A stretch of DNA of 58,850 nt, counting the filler, from Porpidia crustulata (lineage: Eukaryota): assembly GCA_964255105.1 (NCBI GenBank). It is 3 parts of 3 records of this genome, joined end to end, with 100 filler letters (N's around TTAATTAATTAA, not from the genome) between each part and the next. Parts side by side here need not be neighbours in the genome. Positions count along the whole stretch, not along the records: positions 1 to 19,575 come from CAXUWE010000139.1; 2 more parts are not named here. One strand, given 5' to 3'. The notes beneath the pieces are model-generated. The model did not search any database and had not been told where the DNA came from. It was given only the letters and a program-made list of their open reading frames with translations. The position numbers and the translations under genes are program-made. Positions within the stretch are counted from its first letter, which is position 1; every line of letters begins with the position of its first letter. Positions 1-12,611 of this stretch are shown one piece after another.

Positions 1-1217
1 ACGTGATCCTGCCGCAGCCCCACCTGCACCCTCAGCCGGTGCGCTTCCTGCTCATGGCGCTCCCGTTGGCTTTCCATAAGCCGCTCGGGCGCCTTATCGT
101 GCCGCTGCGACTCCTCTAACCCGCGATTCAGGCAGTCGGCCAACGTGCCCAGATCCTCGAGTTGCTGCTTCTGCAGGCGGATTTCCCGCTCCCGGCCGGC
201 GAGCAGTTACTGGGTGCTGTCGACGAGCTGGCGCAGCGATCTGGCGTGTTTGCTATGGGCCTGGTGATCTTCTTGCTGGGCGGCGACGGTGGGCTGGAGT
301 TTTGCGTTGGAATCTTCCGACTTCTGCAGGGCGTGGCGCAAGGCGGCAAGCTCCGACTGATGGGCCTTGGTTGCGGGCTTCGCGCAGTTGGAGATGAGTT
401 GCGCGTCCAGGGCTTTTTGGATCGGCGTCTTTTGCTCTTGCGAGGAGTTGAGGGAGTCTTCGAGACGGCGGACGTCGAACTTTAGCCAAGCGATCTCGGA
501 GGCGTGACGCTCGTTGTTGCCGGTTTTTTCCTTCTGAAGGGAATCTTCTAGACGACGGACTTCTTTTCTCAGCCGTTCGATCTCAGCGGCTTGACTCTGG
601 TCTGTTTTCAATTTCTCCTGTTCGAGGGAAGCTTTCAAACAACGAATTTCGTAATTCAGCGACTTCACCTTGGCATCTTGACGCTTGTCGGTGGGTTGTT
701 GATCTTCCTGCAGACGTGCTTTCAGACGATTGATCTCCTGATTCAACTCATGGTCTTGATGGATTTGGCGTTGGCCGTCTTCCTGTCTCTGTTTTTGAAG
801 AGAAGCGACTAGGCGCCGGATGTCATCATTCATACGAGCGACTTCCACATTGTAGCGCTGATCCATTTTCTGCTTCTCCTCTTCGATATACTTCTCTAGG
901 CGTTGAATACCTTGCGTTAGTTGGGTGATTTCTCGAGCTTGATTTTGGTAGCTTTGTTTCTGTTTTTCGTATCGACGTAAAGCCTTCCGAGACTTGCGGT
1001 CTTGGCTGGTACCGTTCTGTCTATAACACTCTCGGAGCTTGACTGCCTCCTTCCAGCGTTGGCCGCGTTCTTTGGCCTGTTTCTGGCGCTCCCGCTGCCA
1101 ACGCTCTTTTTGCCAGCGCTCTCGACCTTGTTTCGAAAGTGCATCATGCCCTTCTTTAACAAGAGACTTTGCTACCGGCGTCTCTACTCCCGGAAAGGGC
1201 GCCTTTTGCCTTGGCAT
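1..1217 (-). CDS. Orphan coiled-coil protein with six ~29-aa tandem repeats; frame stays open past an in-frame TAA (207-209) to the window edge (possible pseudogene)
   Basis: 336-aa E/Q/R/K-rich ORF 207..1217; the same frame beyond the TAA reads LLAGREREIRLQKQQLEDL...RHEQEAHRLRVQVGLRQDH with no further stop. Confidence 0.6.
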
Positions 1218-2193
1218 GCTGGCTTTTGATGATATCTTGTAAATCAGACAAGCTTGGAAGAACTACTTAAGAAATTTGAGGTGGAAACGATGGAGAAGGA
1301 TCATGAGTGGCGATTGATATATATCATCTACCAAATCTTGACAATAAGCCGGGTGATATATAGACTGTCAACACATGAACAGAAGTAAACCAACACATAT
1401 TTCAATAACATTTCCAAGTTGGGAAGAATATTTCCTGAATGTTGTGTTACCTTGCTGTGTTGAAGGAACGCGATTTTGATGGTAAGACGACATGTCGATC
1501 CCGTTAGCCAGCTAGAGTAGAAGCAGACCATCAATTTGACAATTAATTGCGTTGACTCGGCAAGCCCAGACGTGCTCGAAGAGCTAAATTCAGAATTCAG
1601 CTTTAGAGCTTAATGTGCTAAATGAGCATGATCATGTACATACATCGGCATCCAAAATGTTGCCACAAACCTTGCGTCCTGAGTATCTTGTAAAGAATTG
1701 ATAAATAGAGTCAAACCCTCCCACATCTGGTGATTGAATCCACCTTATAGATTGATCTCTGAAACCTTCAGATTGTCAATACTCACGTAGTTAGTCATTG
1801 AACCACGATTATTGAGTCAATAGCTTCGGCTCTTGAGAAAAGTGGCTCAGCCGCACGCAGACTTGTAGCATGCAGATCTTTTCTTGCGACGATCGAATCT
1901 CAAGAGAATGTGTGCATGGATCAATAACGTCGGAGTGTTGCTTTTGATTGGATCTTTTCCAAGGACCCAGACTACCAAACGTGATCAGCTGTACATTTTT
2001 CACAACGTAAAGGACGAGCGAAGAAGTAGAACATATGTATGAGCATCAATGATTTTACCTCCTAGATGAAACTATGATTCTTGTCACCCGTTTCTCCACC
2101 CAATCCAATCCCTTTAAAACTGCCGCCCCAAAATTCCTGAGCCTACTGTGCACATCGTCAAGCAATGAAATTGTGACTTGCCTCAGAACCCAT

Positions 2194-2423
2194 CTACACG
2201 CCTGTATGGCTCGAATATTGAATCTTCGGTATAGGTACATTGGGATTCTTGGAATACAATTTTGCCTCCTCTCGCTTACAGTACACTCGGCCTTGTATTC
2301 GCGATCGGATGTCATTTTCCGAACGGCTTTGCTTTGAGCAGCATACTGAGCGTCCCAGTTGTCGCCTGGCCGATCGGAGTAGTGGAGGCGTTCACGAGGA
2401 GCTTTAGACATACCGCAACCCAT
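2194..2423 (-). CDS. Small (~57 aa) putatively N-myristoylated/palmitoylated protein
   Basis: Starts MGCGMSK (Gly2, Cys3, Ser6); donor GTAAGC at 2279 and acceptor AAG ending at 2224 give ...YKAECT|IQYSSHTGV*; branch point is weak. Confidence 0.4.
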
Positions 2424-4480
2424 GATTATCTGTAGTCTGCGTGAGATGAGAGATGATTTCAGGTGTGGGAAGGGGAGCTTAGCTGGAACGAGAAACGGAT
2501 GGGCTTGGGGATCTGTTGGTAAGTCAGGGTAGGGAGTTCAAAACAACTGATCTGTAGGATAGAGACAGCGGCAGAGCTACTAGATATAGTCCTCTGTTGT
2601 CAAGACATTTATTGGAGATCATTTGTTCCCAACACAAAGAGAAATCGTTGATCTTAATGTTATTATGCTATTATCAACACATTTTCCTTTCAAGGCATTG
2701 TACGTAGCATCAAGTCAGACAAAGCAAAATTGAACAACGAAAACGCAGAAAATGACTGAGTGCTACTTTCTCGTTCAATTCACAATGCTTTGTTTGCATT
2801 CTTCAGATGGTTTAATGGTAGCATGGTTCGAGTCATGAGAATAGTGTAGCTCGTGAGTCAGAAACAATTGCTCAGCAAGGTTTCTCTGAGAGGGCCTTAT
2901 CCTCTTCATAGGACTCTGTCCACTTGCTCTTGCGATTGTCTATTCTATCTTCGACTCTTCTCAAATCTGCTCATTGCCTGGATCCAACGCAATGGGCTAC
3001 AATTTGAACTCATCGTGAGGCCTCACCAATCATGGTCGGCGAGCGATCCTGTCATAACTATGTGTCACGGGTTCGAATTGACATCTTTGAAATCTTATAG
3101 AATTGATCAGGCCTGTGCTGTGGGAAATGTTCGTGAGCTTCGTCCTCCGGATGCAGAAGCTCAAGGCATTTATGATGTCCTTGTCTGTAGCCGAGGGAAG
3201 AGCCACAGACTGTTCATGTAATCCCCAATTGGACCACACTAAGTGATATAGTGAGAAATCTACGACTGCAGTTGCAGATCACGTATGCGAGCAGAGTGGT
3301 CGCTTGGTGATCATTGCTGCGCTGCTGTTGGCGATCGCCGACAACGGCAATACGTTTATTATCCTGTAGCTAGGTGCGTACCTTGACAAGATCCAACTTA
3401 GTTGATGCTGCTAATTATCATGTTCAAGCTGTGCACTTGTCCAGTATCCCATAGGCACTCGAATGCAGCCTCGTGGTTGAACAGCCGCGCTCCAACCGCG
3501 CATAAATTCGCCGCTTCTCAAATCGATGATCCCTATGTAAGTAGTTTAGCAAATCGTATAAGAACTTTGGCCGTTTGATGCGTTCAGCACATTTAAATCT
3601 CATCAAGATCTATGGAACAAGCGCACAAAGGATCAGATACTCCCTCGCATTGTCGCTGTAGAGTCGGTACAGCCGGTCCTTATCTTTTACTTGCAGCGTA
3701 ATTTCACATCAGAAGGCGAGAGGCCGAAGACACTGGCACGAAAAGTGGAAGGCGGAAGGCGTGATAACGAAAGCCAAGAGTTGACAAGATAGATTAATGA
3801 AGCAGCAAATAAAGTGGCAAGAAGCGATAAGAAGACTAAGATATAGACGAGGGATAGCCGAATAAGAAACTTTGAAACCTCAAAAGAGAGATGAAGGTGG
3901 CGGATAATGCGGAGGAAGAAGGGAGGATGACAGAAGATGGTTTGATACATTTGATGAAAATTATAAGTACGTGGAAACGAGAGTGAAGGGTAGAAACGTG
4001 AAGCCTTAAAAAAGTGAGGTACAAACAAAGAAGATCGAGTGATTGAATTGAGAAGTAAGAAGATTAAGATATCCACGTCGTCGACATTAAACGACTAAAT
4101 CAAAATGTCGTCAGACGATCAGCTTACAAGAAGATCCAGCCGAAACAAAGACAAAGAATATCTCAGCTTGGGAGACGAGTAGATAATGAGGCGGGTTGAG
4201 AGACAGGAGGATGGGGGTTTGACGATGGAGCGAAGGGAGATGAGAAGAGGCGATAGGATCGAGTGGGCGGATTTAATAAGTGCGCGCGGCTTGAAATCCG
4301 TGATTTCTGTTTCTATCAACGTACAAATCAATCGTGCAAGTTGTATAGATAGCACGATAGCGCACTTACTGACATAAAGGCGGTGGTTTCTCAATCCCTC
4401 TTTCTACTATTCTCCCCCCCTGCCCGGAGCCATGACAAGCAGCCGCTCCTTCCTTGTACCACGCCGCCCCACCTCTACGA

Positions 4481-5882
4481 CTAAGCCCCTCTAGCATTGG
4501 CATCGTATGCATCATGCCACGGCCCGCTTGACGAAGTGAATACACCGTCCGCTCGCAAAGGCGGCAATTCCACTTTTCGCTTCTCGGCGATGGTTCGCGG
4601 CCGTTTCGTATCGCCTTCTTCGTCTTTCCCGGGCGTCGACAGGGCTTTGGTCTGCTGCTCCTCCAACGACCAATTGGATTGGTTGGGATGCTCGTGATCC
4701 ATGGTTTTGCCGAGTACGGGGTAGCGGGGGCGAAGAGGCGATGAGCGCGGGGTGGTGTTTGCTATCGAGGGTACGGTTGCGAGCGATGGTGGTGGGGGTG
4801 GAGGCACTTGTTGACGCGCCGAGTTTGCGGGAGATACGGATGCAGCCGTGATGTTGGGAGTGATGTGTTTATCTTTTTTCAGTGACGGGGTTCGAGAATA
4901 AGGGTGCGTGGGTCCTCGGTCGTCATGGTATTCCGATTCCGTTGGCTCAGCCGGAAGTTCACTTGGACTAACGGCGAGTTCTGCCGGCCCTCTTGATGGC
5001 AATGCTGGCTTGTGGTCGAGCTCTACTGGTCCCTTGACAGCCTCGCCTTCCGGATCTAGCTCTGCAGGGAATAGCTTCGAGTTGACACGGTTGGAGGAAA
5101 GCAGTGGTGGTAGCTCAGGTATATTGTCTTTCTCCTCTGCAGCGATGCGCTTGTTCCTGTGTCGCCGGTAGAACAGAAAGAGAAGGGTTAGTATGGCAAT
5201 GAGGACTCCCACGCCGACTCCTACTCCAACGCCAATCGGTACGGCTGAATTGGAATGGCCAACATCTGCTGGAGCTGCTGGGAGAGGAGTGGAAGAAGTG
5301 GAAGGTATTGAAGATGTGGAAGAGCCCGAGGACGAGGTGTGGCTTGTGCTGGACGTCGACGATGAAGCCGTGGAGATTGTAGCGGGCTCTGCATTGGCCG
5401 ATGAGACTGCAGGACCAATAGTCAAACCACTCTTGGGATCTTGGCAACACTCGCCGGTGTGCAAGGTGTTGCAGCAGAATGGCGTCGTTGAGGAATTGCA
5501 GGGTAGGACTTCGGGGTATATTTCTAGAGATACGATCAGATAGGACGTTCGAGAGCAGGAGACTTCGATAAGATGAGTTACCTGTTATGCAGAAACCAGG
5601 ACAGATGGGATCGTTGTAGTCCCTGTCTGTACAACCCCCACGGTGGAAATTGCCACTGAGGGAGTCAAGGCAAAGACCATTCGACATGCACACATTAGAT
5701 ATTGGACAGCAAACGCTGACGTTGGCGCTGCTATTACATATTCCGAAGTTGATGAGTCGACTTCCATTTGGATCGTAGCATTGCTGAGAATTGACTAAGG
5801 TATAAGGTAGGAGTAGGAAAGTAACTAGAGGACAAGAAGCGCGAGTTGAGCGTAAGAGGCGCCCGACACCCATCGCGAACAT
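4481..5882 (-). CDS. Type I membrane protein with Mid2/Wsc-sensor-like architecture (signal peptide, Cys-rich ectodomain, Ser/Thr stalk, one TM helix, Pro-rich tail)
   Basis: Exon 1 has CYDPNG...SVCC...CMSNGLC...RGGCTD..Y.DP.CP.FC; intron 5524-5581 (GTAACT..CTGAT..TAG) joins in frame to EIYPEVLPC..FCC..GECC; TM IGVGVGVGVGVLIAILTLLFLFY followed by RRHR. Confidence 0.8.
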
Positions 5883-7247
5883 CAGGAGGATCCTACTGCA
5901 TAGAACGTGATGCTACTCGAGATCTTGACTAAGAGAATGCAGTAGAGCGCTCAAAATGAAGTGGTTTGGAGCAGAGTAGCTGGAATCAGGGATTTCTTCC
6001 ATGATATCTAAACAAGTCAGGGAAGATAATTCGAGTGACGTCTAGCGGTCATTCGCTCTCGCTCTCACCACTATTGACATTAATCAAACATGGCGGATAT
6101 GGATTAGCCTTACGAGACCCTAACACAATATCATCAGCATTGTTTTCTAATCGATAGAAGTGTTCTCGATGATAATATCAAGCCATTCGGTTGACTTGCC
6201 GAATGATCACCAAGTCCATGAGAACCTTTTTATTGATATCATCTCAAACAGTAAAGTAGATACTCAATATCCAATTATAAGAATATATCCATCAGTAGCC
6301 AGATTGAGCTGTACTACCTCTGTTAAATCTCTTACCCTACAACTATGGCGATGGCGGGTTGATAAGAAGTAGAATAACCTACTTAACCGTGTCTAGAGCT
6401 AGTAATTTTGTTAAGGGTTTTGGGGAGTCTAGAAAATACGGTGCATGTTCCTTGCAGGAATGAAACTTCCATGCAGCGGCCGACCTCAGGGCAGAAGTTC
6501 TTGTTGCGATGTTTTAGCTGAATTCAGCGAAATTTGGGATGTGCGCCAATGTGCAAGCACCATGGCGAGCATTATTCCATTAGCCCATTCTCTCTTTCGC
6601 TGGCCCCCCAAGCCTCGACGATCGCTGTTGCGAGCAGTTTCCTCTTACCACTCCATCTTTTCTTTCTTTTCTTGGGTTGGGTTCGACGCCCTATAGGTAG
6701 CTTCAGGAGATCTAACCTAGGGACATTGCCCGCGTCTTCGCCAACCTTGACCTTCGCCGTCCGTTTGTGTGAAGAAGTCGGACGCGCCTTTGCAGCCAAT
6801 CGGCTCATAATCATGACGCCAGCAGTCTCCCAAATATAATACGTACTCATTTAGTAGACCCTTGTATTGTTCTTTCGCAAACACTCGAAAATTCGTATCT
6901 TGTGACTCTTCTCCCCGATGTCTATGGGTCTTCCGCTGTGCGGCAAGCATTGAGTCGACCCCTCGACCATGATAGTAAATATCCTGGTCTTCTACGATGC
7001 GTAGAGCGGGCAATAGCATTATCAGGAATGCCCTTAAGAAGAACACGCCAAAACGCGACTGAGCTGACTTGAGGCTGCTCAGAGGTTGAGCCTCTCGTAC
7101 TCATTGTATCAAGACACGGTCCAACTGAATATTCCATTCACTTTGCGCGTTGCCTGCGAGTAGAGAACTCTCTTTGGGTGGCCCAAGCGAATAGTTGTGG
7201 TGATATTGATCCTGTATACCGAGGAATTATCACACCCTTAACAAGTC

Positions 7248-8139
7248 CTAGGAATCCTTTGGGATCCCTTGGACTTTCTTGAGCTTCTCCTTCTCCTTCC
7301 TTTTTACTTTTTTCTCCCTATTCCTCCTCGTTCGCTTCGCTTTCTCAGCGGCCTCCTTCACGGCCTGATTCTGCTTCCTTGCGGACTCTTTCGCCATCTT
7401 TGCCGCGTGCTTTACCCGAAGGGCTATCCTCCGCTTCTTCCCAATCCGTTTTCGTCTTCCTGTGGCAATGTCTGGGACCGGAACTGCCTTTGACGACATA
7501 CCTCGACCTGTAGTTTTTATAACCGTGACGCGCCATGGCAACTCGAGCCCGCGCTATTTAGTGATTAGCTACCAGAATTTACTACGGTATATGAAATCTT
7601 GGGAACCTACATATCGATTGTTGAGACCCCTCACGATTTCCTCCCAAGTGACAGCGGCCATTCGATAATGCTCCAACTTCTCAGCTGTGCTTACTCCAGT
7701 GTAGTAATATTGCTCTGACCTCCGCGGTTTCAAAAATCCAGGCTCATCATTTATCGGGGATGGAGATCTAAGGACTATCCTCTGGTGGCTACCGGCCAAT
7801 GCCTTCGTATCCAAAGGTTTCGATGAAGGTCTTGAGAATAGTCGAAACTCGTACCCTTCCTCTGGTTGGTCTGCTCCATCATTACCAGCGGCAGAAAGAA
7901 TTCCAATTTCCCCTGCATCGGTCTTGAAGGACTGCCCCTCAAACCCATTGCTGTATATCTTGCTCAGCTGTACATGAAGGCGTGCTTCAACATGGGGGTC
8001 GAGCATGGAAGGTTCGATCAATGGTGATGGCGATGAGATTTTGTCGCGTCTGACACTTCAGGCATCCAAGCTTTAGCAGTTTCGATCTTAAAGGACACTC
8101 TCCAATATCCTACCATTTTGCGTCTGACTGACTGAACAT
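7248..8139 (-). CDS. Fungal DUF2011-family protein with a basic C-terminus
   Basis: Three exons (introns 8056-8113 and ~7554-7610); motifs DAK.VRRD, YEFRLFS, IVLRSPSP..EPGF..PRR...YY, GLELPWRV, GKKRRIALR, KRTRRNREKK. Confidence 0.75.
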
Positions 8140-8505
8140 CGCGGGTCCTTACGACCAAAAGTGTCTACGAGAATCTTAATGTTTCGGTCTGAGAAGATTA
8201 TGGCGACCTAGTGATTGGCTCATACTCATCTCAGAGATCATTTCCAACTGTCGCACGTAGAACAGCCATCATCACTTGAATGTCAAACACCACCCGGTAT
8301 ACCCACATATTTCTAGGTAATCTACCCGTTTACGATACGCTAGACTGGTAATTTTGTCGTATTATTGTCTGCAAATAATAGGTAGATAATCGCACAAGAC
8401 ATCTCCAGCTGTGCATATATTATTCCTACAGAATATACTCTCCAATACACGTGCCTCTGCCCATTCTTCCTATATTCATAATCTTCTCCGCGCCGATAAC
8501 ATCTC

Positions 8506-11500
8506 TCACTTCAACGGACTCTCATGATTATCACTTTCCCTCCCAATTCGCCTACCTACCGGGGTTCCAGCGCCACTGTCTGGTCCTCGCATCGGTGGTG
8601 GCGTTTCTCTTCCGTTACTCATATCGGTGCTTCTGCCGTCACGGTTCCTCACAATGCCGTTCTCGTCCGGTGGCCTGAAGTTCAATCTTCTTCCTTCCCT
8701 GTAGACGTCCTCCAGAATTTGTTCCAATACTCCTGCATCCTTGTACTCCTTATATTTTCTCCATAGCTGTAATGCAGTAAGTGCGTCTTCGATACTATCA
8801 TGACCTTCTGGTTGCTGCTGGATCTCTTCCTTCAGAATAAACCATGCTAGGAAGGCAAGAGATAGTCGACGTTTCCGAGAAGCAATGAAAAACAAATCTG
8901 CGGTGTCAATGATCTGAGACTTGGGGACGTGAATGTTGGCAACACGCAGATCCTTTGGTAATCCATGTCCAACAAATATGCAGCCGAGATTCAGGAGTAG
9001 CCACAATTTCTTGTAGGCGACCTTTAAGGGGACTAGTGGGTGGTGAGAGGTCCTAGGATCAAGATCACCCTCTCGTAGCCCAGAGTATTGGGTGTTGTAA
9101 TCCACAATCGGTTCATATATCGGTATGTAGTCATTGACGAACGGGACGCCTTCATAAGGACCAGGGTCTCCCCTGAGCACTGATACTCGGGCCAAGCCCA
9201 TCCGCGTCGGTCGGATGACCTCGCGGTCGCCATCGGCTTTGATTTCGATCTCCTCCTGACGCAAATTGACGAATTCTCCATCAATAGCAACATGGGAACC
9301 AGCCCGTGGCTCGTCCGTCTCTGGATCCAGCGGTAGATTTCGTGGATCGTGGACAGAGCTATCGTGGAATTAGTATAGAGTCAACATATTCGAAAAATCG
9401 TACGTACTTCATCGACCATCTATCGAAGAGACATGAAATGTCTAGGCGGTTTTTCCAAGTATTATCCACCGCATGCCTTGCACTTTGAATCTGATAAGCA
9501 ATGATTACAGGGGTTTTCCAATTAGGAAAGAAGTGAAGTGGACGGTCGGCATCATCAACCTTTCTGACCAGGAAGTCATTCATTAGATGCCATTGACCAC
9601 GGTCTTGGTGCTCCTGTTTAGAGATGGCAACTAGTAGAATCAGCCAATCGAGATCGAGCCCTGGAGTATATAGTGCGTACTGACCGTTGATCAAGGAAAC
9701 GAGGTGAGATTTCTGGTTCTCTTTGCTATTGATTTCTGCAACTACACCTACAAGGTCATAAATGGTGATGGCGGAATGATGCTGAGTCCTTCGCAGGTTA
9801 CGAAGGCTTTCGCCCTCCAAGCAGCTAAATTTTCCGCCATCAAGGATAATTCCAATTTGCTCCGGGAGCCAACCAGGGATACCCCAGAGCTGCCTACTGT
9901 CTGGGCTTTTATCTAGACAAGCATTGAGCATCAATACTGGTGCAACGTTGTGCACTGTAGTCCGCGTTGCCAGTTCTTGATATCGCCGACACTTATTGCA
10001 CCAAGCACGAATTTGAGTGGCGTACTCAAGACTTCTCTTGAGGACTTCGGAGAACGTTGGGACCGCATTTCGGAGTCGAGAATTTTGGTTCTTTGTTTCG
10101 TCAATTCTATATACCGCTGAAGCCGAGTGAGACCTACCAGACTGGGGTAGCTCAAATCAGTGACATGAGATGGGCTCGCACGTACGGTCTCGCTATAACA
10201 ATGGAGACAGCGTAGAGTAGACATTGCGCTTGTGACTAATACCTGCAGTAACTTCTCAATTACTGACGGTCATAACAGGGCTGCAACACTTACTTGATCT
10301 AATCTCGAATCGTCTGGATAGATTCTCCTTGAGTCAGATGAAATCTGTTTTAGAACGAATCGATTGGCAGTCTGTACCCTGTAGTCTAAATTGTTTTGAG
10401 GTGTTTTTTCTTCCAGGATCTGCAAGCCAGCAGCTGCCAATTTCATTAGCTGGACTGTTTTTTTTCTATCTGTAATTGCATACCATCCGGGATGCCACCA
10501 AGGCTCTTGTAGAGGTTGGTAGCTTGACAGCTCTGACCGGCGGCCTTCTCAACCATGTCGAATAGAAAGCCCATTTCGCAAAGGAGACATAGGTCAAAAA
10601 GACACCCGCTCGCAACATGATTCAGGGCGAAGTTCCGAATAAGCGGAGTAAATTTGAGCAATTGTAGTAAGGGATTGAGGTATGAGTTAGTGATATGCGT
10701 CTCTAGTCCAGAATACTGCGTTTTGTTATAATAGCTAGTCCATACTTATCAGTTGAACTATCGGACTGCAGATAATCTAAAACTTACTGGAAGTCAAAAT
10801 CCTGTACGCCGAATTTACTATACTTAATTTCGACGTTTCTATACTCTATAGGAACGTCCGCGTTTGTACTACCAGCTAAAGAAGCGTTAGCAAAAGCTTC
10901 AACAGCATCACTGATGCGACGCCCGTTGACATTTGACTTTGTTTGACCGATGCCTGGTTCGCGACTTCTCTCGCTAAGGAATTTTGGCGGTGCAATGGCA
11001 GTCCCGTCCTTGTCCAAAACTTTGGTCCTATCGGATTGATTTCGAAGAATTTTTCGCGGATTAGGTGCACGGTAGCCAATGCTATTCGGCACCATACTTT
11101 TCAAAACATCTGGATCAGTTTTGGAGGCTATATGGCCTACTTCGAAAACATGGTCGCTAGGCCAAGCAGACAATAATTTTTCGTGATAGTAGGGCATACC
11201 AACTGTACTGAATGGTCTACGTTCGCACGCTTAGTTAGTCACCTTCATTTTATGAAGGTAGTCAAGCTTACAGATCTGAATCGAACCCCATGAAAGTTAC
11301 AGGTCGAGCATCATCTGCAAACTCGGTCGGATTTGGATTTTCAGCATATCTCATCTTCTCACGAGAGCCACCCCATAAGCGAATGTTGTTATCCTGATCT
11401 AACATTGCCCACACTGATCCTGAAGGTGCCAGTATCAAGGTCCGTATGAAAGCTACGTCGGCTTGATGGAGATTGACGGTGTCTGGATTCATCAGATCTA

Positions 11501-12611
11501 CGACTTGCAGTCGTCCGGTTTGCGTAGCGATTACAGCAGTAGTCGAGAGCTTCGGAACAATTCTGATAAACGCTGCACCACCGGGGAAATTGATCGGAGA
11601 TAGTTGTTGTAGCTTCTGGATATCATATACCTTTGCAAAATGTTCCAAACTTTGCGGACCATATGGACGAGGTGCTTTACCACAAGTTACGAGATAATTA
11701 CTATGTGCATCCATATCGTGTATTTCCGAGTGATGCGCTTGCCAAGTCTTGATTAGGTCGAACGTTTCGGGGTTGAGGAAATGCACAGCGCCAGTATTGG
11801 TCGCTGCGCAGATGTAGCGACAGAGTTTCATAATTGTATACTCGTATTCCGTAGGGATCTGCGGACGTAATATTCAGTATAGGAGAAAGACAAAGCATTT
11901 AGCCCTTTACCTCCTGCAGTACAACCCCCCTCTCCACGTCGATCGTAAACATCACACCATTGCATCCTGCCACCAGAATTTCAGAGTTCTCCTTATTCAA
12001 GAAGCTCATGCATCGCAAGTTTTTCATTGGCGCGTCTCTTGAATCATAGAATCAGTACTGTAGGTTTTCTCTTGTGGCCTAGGTAGCCTACAAGATATGC
12101 CATAGCGTTAGACCCCTTCTCGACGCCAAATGCACACTTCCCGATGCTAATGATAGAACACCACGGTCATGGAATAGTAGACTAGCAACGCGTCCTTCGT
12201 AGGATGGATGTGCTCTGAAGGACGTATGTTTCTGTAAGCCTGCGCCATAGTAGGATGTTATTCGGCCCTGTTTGTGTTTAGTATTAAAGATCTGCGATTT
12301 TGGCACAAAGTCAACTCACAGCCTCATTACCAACCCAGAGTAATTCTTGTTGCGTGTCGAATGCAATAGCCGGAGCAGGTTGTTTCGGATCATAGAGTAC
12401 GCTAGGTTCGAGAGGAGGTAATTGTAGTTGCTGGACCTGTGAGAAGTAAGTACCTACACGGTAGGTTCCGTCTGAAATATGCAAGGAAAAGCCTTTGCGA
12501 GACTCAGGTTCATAGCGCCAATAGCATAACGAGGGCAGTGAACCGTCTGTCTCGATCATGAAGGGCGTTGATTAGAAATAGTTTACACACCTCGCCCCAC
12601 TCTGCTTCCAT
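8506..12611 (-). CDS. PAN2: PAN2-PAN3 deadenylase catalytic subunit PAN2 (WD40, pseudo-USP, DEDDh exonuclease), multi-exon
   Basis: Start MEAEWGE; WD40 exons; [35 protein letters not shown]; exonuclease motifs [22 protein letters not shown]. Confidence 0.97.

Noticed and set aside
6445..7137. Short overlapping ORFs with a Lys/Arg-rich tail
   Set aside because: No coherent splice model or recognisable motif
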